DNA of 64,000 bases, taken from Mesotaenium endlicherianum. Its lineage: Eukaryota. Below are positions 59,943 to 64,000 of this stretch, in pieces. Positions within the stretch are counted from its first letter, which is position 1. The number at the start of each line of letters is the position of its first letter. The position numbers and the translations under genes were made by a program. The notes under the pieces were generated by a model. That model was not told the DNA's origin, ran no database searches, and saw only the letters and a list, made by a program, of their open reading frames with translations. The stretch covers positions 6,738 through 70,737 of the forward strand of contig WELA01003444.1 in assembly GCA_009602735.1 (NCBI GenBank), given 5' to 3'.

Positions 59943-62900
59943 ATGCCACTCTTATGCCTTAACAAGACTTCGAACCAGTTCTTGTGCATTCGTTTCTACT
60001 TGTTCTTTTATTTTTGCCGGAGTCACCACCAATCATCACGAACAAAAGAATTGTTTGGAGGTTACACATATTAGATGCAAAAAAAACTGTATTTCATGCA
60101 CTAATCTTATTACTAGAGGCGTTGATTGAGAAGAAAAAACATATGGAGTTTCGCCTTGGTGTCCATCACGTCCATCCCTCAAAGTTTCTCACAAAGCATC
60201 ACCAAGTCATTCTAGTAGTAATTTCATTAGAAAATCACACTTATCACTTGGTGAAATTTGGAGTGCATTGGTATTAGATTATAGTATGGAACTCTAGCTG
60301 CGAAGTCTGAAGGTTTTTAGACGGCACTGGCATGACTGCCATTGACTGCCACGGAAAGATTGGAGACTATGTTGGACCACGTCAGTGCCAGATTTTGCCG
60401 GATGGTGCCAAGTCAACCAAGTCAGTCCCTTGGGTCGCAAATACTGCTGACAGGACAAGGCATGTCAGCAAAAATGAGTGAACAGCGCAGAACAGCGAGT
60501 CACTTCTCCTCACCTCTCCGTCGTCTATGGTCACCTTTTGGTCGCCTCGGGGTCGCCTCTTGGTCGCAGTGGCCGAGCTGGCACTGCGCCCTCTCCCTCG
60601 AGCTCGTCAGTTACCCTGTTCATGACTGTAGTGGCTGGTTGAATGTGTAATGAAGCTTCTTGCGGATTCCAGGCAGTGAGATCTTGCGACCATTCTTTGG
60701 TGACGTACGAGCGCATATTCTCGATAACTGTTACTCACATTTTTCCTCACGAGATTTGAAGAAGTACTTCTGCTGAGCCAGTTACCACAAACAATCCGCA
60801 AGAGGAAGAATGCGCTGATATAAAAGTATTTATTTTAAAAAGTGAAGCTGTGCTGTTCAAAATGTCTCTTCTGAAGCAGGCCTTGCGCTTCAGGGTGCCT
60901 CTTAAGAGAAACATAATATACTTAGCTCCGTATGACGGGGAACCTGGGTTAGCAGGGGTTCACCAACCAGCTGGTTCTCGCATGTACACAAATTTTGCGA
61001 CAGGCAATCCAGATGAGGGCATTTACGGGCGCTCCCACAAGCAGGAAAATGTAGCCAAAGATGATGGCCCTAACAATTCGAAATGGAAATTAGCCTCTGC
61101 TTTTCTACGGAGGCCAACACTTGGCACATCAGTACCGAAGTCACAAAGCACCCTCCCCGGAGGACACTTGTGCTTCGATTCTGAGGTTGTGACTGGCAGT
61201 TACAGGCTGCACTTGAGTGGACAGTCTCGGAGGCGCCACATCACCACCACACCTGACAGTGTGCCAGAGGAGGTCATAGTGGAGCGACTAGGTGGCAACG
61301 AAGAAGGTACCCTCACATCTGTAACACCAATTCGTGCCAACCATACATGAAGCATAATCCGATTGGTCAATTATGATGTATTATATATCAAGTACGCAGA
61401 GATGGGCACGGTAATGCACCTCGCTGGTACTTTTTCGGGAAAGCTCAGATCAAGTCTTGTGTCCCTCTTAGTCGGGGGGGCCATATTCACGGGATGGGTG
61501 GGGGGGTNACATCCTCCTCTCTGTGCTTTCGTTGGGATGAATATTCCTCTCAATTCTCTGGGGCTCTTGTTCTCATCCCTCAAACTTTGCCTTCCGCTCG
61601 CCTTTTTATCACTCGTGTACTTTTTCACTGTCTCACTCTCCGCCACTTTCCTCACTGTGGACAGTAAGTAGCCTGCCACCTGTCACATTTAATGGATGTC
61701 AGTCGACAGCTGACTGTACAAGAAAAATCTAGGGGTACGGACCGGGGGGGGGGGGGGNNNNNNNNNNNNNNNNNNNNNNNNNNNNNNNNNNNNNNNNNNN
61801 NNNNNNNNNNNNNNNNNNNNNNNNNNNNNNNNNNNNNNNNNNNNNNNNNNNNNNNNNNNNNNNNNNNNNNNNNNNNNNNNTTTTTTTTTTTTTTTTTTTT
61901 TTTTTTAACTAAGTCTTTGCCGCCCATGATACTCTGGAGTGGAGCGGCTTCAGAGTGACCTGCATTGATGATTTAATTATGATATATAATGCATGACATG
62001 ACGTATGATTTGGCAATGTGCAGTGCGCTCCGATCGCACACCATGTAAGAATATCCCTTCAAGCGCGTGCGCGTGTGTGTGTGTGTCTCTGTGTGTGTGT
62101 GTGTGCACGCGTGTTTGTGTGTTTCTGTTAGTGAGAGTTTGTGACTTCCATGTGGAAGGAAATATTGGAGCCCTATGAGCTGTGCAATGGCACCTGTGAA
62201 AAGACAATGCATTTTGCAACTTGTCCCTTATATCCGCAGGTTGAAACCTACTCTCTATTGGTTTTCCTCATGTTCTTGTGTTGCTATTTCCCTACCTGCC
62301 GATCAACTACTCTTCATCGTTATGCTGGGGGTTGAACTGACATCATGCTGATATCGCGCTGACGGTATCAGATGCCCCACCTCCGCTAGCGTGCCTTTCC
62401 ATCGAGCCAACAACATGCTGATGTCGCCTACCTTCCCCCCCTCTTCCCCTCCTCTTCTCTCCTCTCCTCTCCTTCTCCCCCCCTTTCCTCCTTCCCTCTA
62501 TCCTCTTTCCTCCTCTTCTCCCTCCTCTCCCCCCTGGACTTCTCTTTTCTTTCACCCCTTTTATCTCCTCTTTCATCTCCCCCCCCCCTCCCCCCNNNNN
62601 NNNNNNNNNNNNNNNNNNNNNNNNNNNNNNNNNNNNNNNNNNNNNNNNNNNNNNNNNNNNNNNNNNNNNNNNNNNNNNNNNNNNNNNNNNNNNNNNNNNN
62701 NNNNNNNNNNNNNNNNNNNNNNNNNNNNNNNNNNNNNNNNNNNNNNNNNNNNNNNNNNNNNNNNNNNNNNNNNNNNNNNNNNNNNNNNNNNNNNNNNNNN
62801 NNNNNNNNNNNNNNNNNNNNNNNNNNNNNNNNNNNNNNNNNNNNNNNNNNNNNNNNNNNNNNNNNNNNNNNNNNNNNNNNNNNNNNNNNNNNNNNNNNNN

Positions 62901-64000
62901 NNNNNNNNNNNNNNNNNNNNNNNNNNNNNNNNNNNNNNNNNNNNNNNNNNNNNNNNNNNNNNNNNNNNNNNNNAGGCAGGGAAGGAGGGTGAGGGGGGGG
63001 GGGTAGGGAGGGGAGAGGAGGGAGGAGAATTGGGGCGTTGGTTTGCTAGGGCTAGAGCACGGGAGGGCGAGAGGTGTGTGCCTTCGGCAGCACTTGTTAG
63101 CTCCCCGTTTGCCCCCGTCTTCCCTGGCCCTCTTTATTCTGTTTCTGGCCTGTTCTCCTCCTCTCGTCCCTCCTGCTCCTCTTCACCATCATCATCATCA
63201 TCATCAGCATCAGCATCAGCATCGGCATCAGCGTCATTGCCTTGTGTGTGTGTGTTTGTGTATTGTGGGTGTGTGGGGCGGGCCCGGGGCGGGGCGGGGC
63301 GGGNGGCCCGGGGCGGGGCGGGGCGGGGGGGAGGTTGTGTGCAGGAGCGGAGCCGAATGACCGCCGCTGAAATCCAACGATACGTCACCACTGTGCGCAG
63401 CACCTTCGCTTCTCTCGAGGTCATTCTCTCTTGCAAGACCTAATTGATCTGAAGAGAAGTCACGTGACGTACTCGTCCAGTGTGAGGGGCCCACGTGTGC
63501 TCAAAACTTCGTGTCGCTGACACGTCGCCACTGACACGTCACTGCCACCCGGTGCTGCATCTTTTGCATCTCTCGATGTGATTTGGATGGTTTGTGCGAT
63601 TCGTGTTTTTTTTTTTGAATTGATCCGTGCAATCCGCATGGTCGCGTAATTCATGAGATTCGTGTGATGCGATCCCCGTGTCAGTGGTGATGCTCAGCAT
63701 CCGCTTGGCATGCAGCAGTGTAGTGGGGACCACCCTGACAGCCAGGCAGCTTGCCTACGTGCCGTGTCGCTAACAAGGGCAAAATTCCCTAAATGAGCAT
63801 GTGACATTTGAAGGCTTTCCGCCCGTACAGTCAGAGACTCTACGCTACGCGATCTGAGGGCGGAGGGTCTGACCTTCCTGGTGGCTGGGGGGCTGTGCTC
63901 GGGGGGTGGGNCGTCTCGCTCTTCCCCTCGCTCCTCGTATCTGTGTGCGTCTCCGCCGCTCCGCTTCTCTCTTTGTTCTCTCGCTTCCCCTCTCTCCCTT

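Noticed and set aside
60850..61350. 166-aa plus-strand ORF as a gene
   Set aside because: No recognisable motif, and splice-like signals point to the opposite strand, where the frame has stops. Left uncalled.
63459..63545. Cluster of ACGT/G-box-like elements as a promoter
   Set aside because: No downstream gene is identifiable in the window, and such short motifs are common in this sequence.

Overview
Eukaryotic, intron-containing, repeat-rich nuclear DNA with several N gaps. Plant-type genes (AP2, SUVH-type SRA, tRNA-Met-primed Ty3) and GC-rich exons suggest a streptophyte, possibly an alga; that is inference only. Bases 1-16 kb are nested transposon debris: a Ty3/gypsy 5' LTR, PBS and open gag inserted in an older gypsy RT relic, a truncated hAT transposase, two opposed solo-LTR-like repeats, and a clean 580-bp element with 11-bp TIRs and an 8-bp TSD. 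Three host genes can be rebuilt by hand with in-phase GT-AG introns. (1) A 3-exon KYP/SUVH4-derived SRA-YDG methylcytosine-reader gene that lacks pre-SET/SET and ends in an RQ[AP]GPLP repeat tail (27661-29764, -). (2) A 2-exon F-box/LRR-like gene (36797-39046, +), followed by two decayed related copies. (3) A very large low-complexity protein with two widely spaced AP2 domains (45598-58084, +); its apparent third domain is most likely an assembly duplication. There are also possible polycystin/TRP-like exon fragments and a strongly recurrent GCCAGGTGGC 10-mer. No rRNA, tRNA or CRISPR array was seen. All family assignments come from motif recognition by eye, not database searches.
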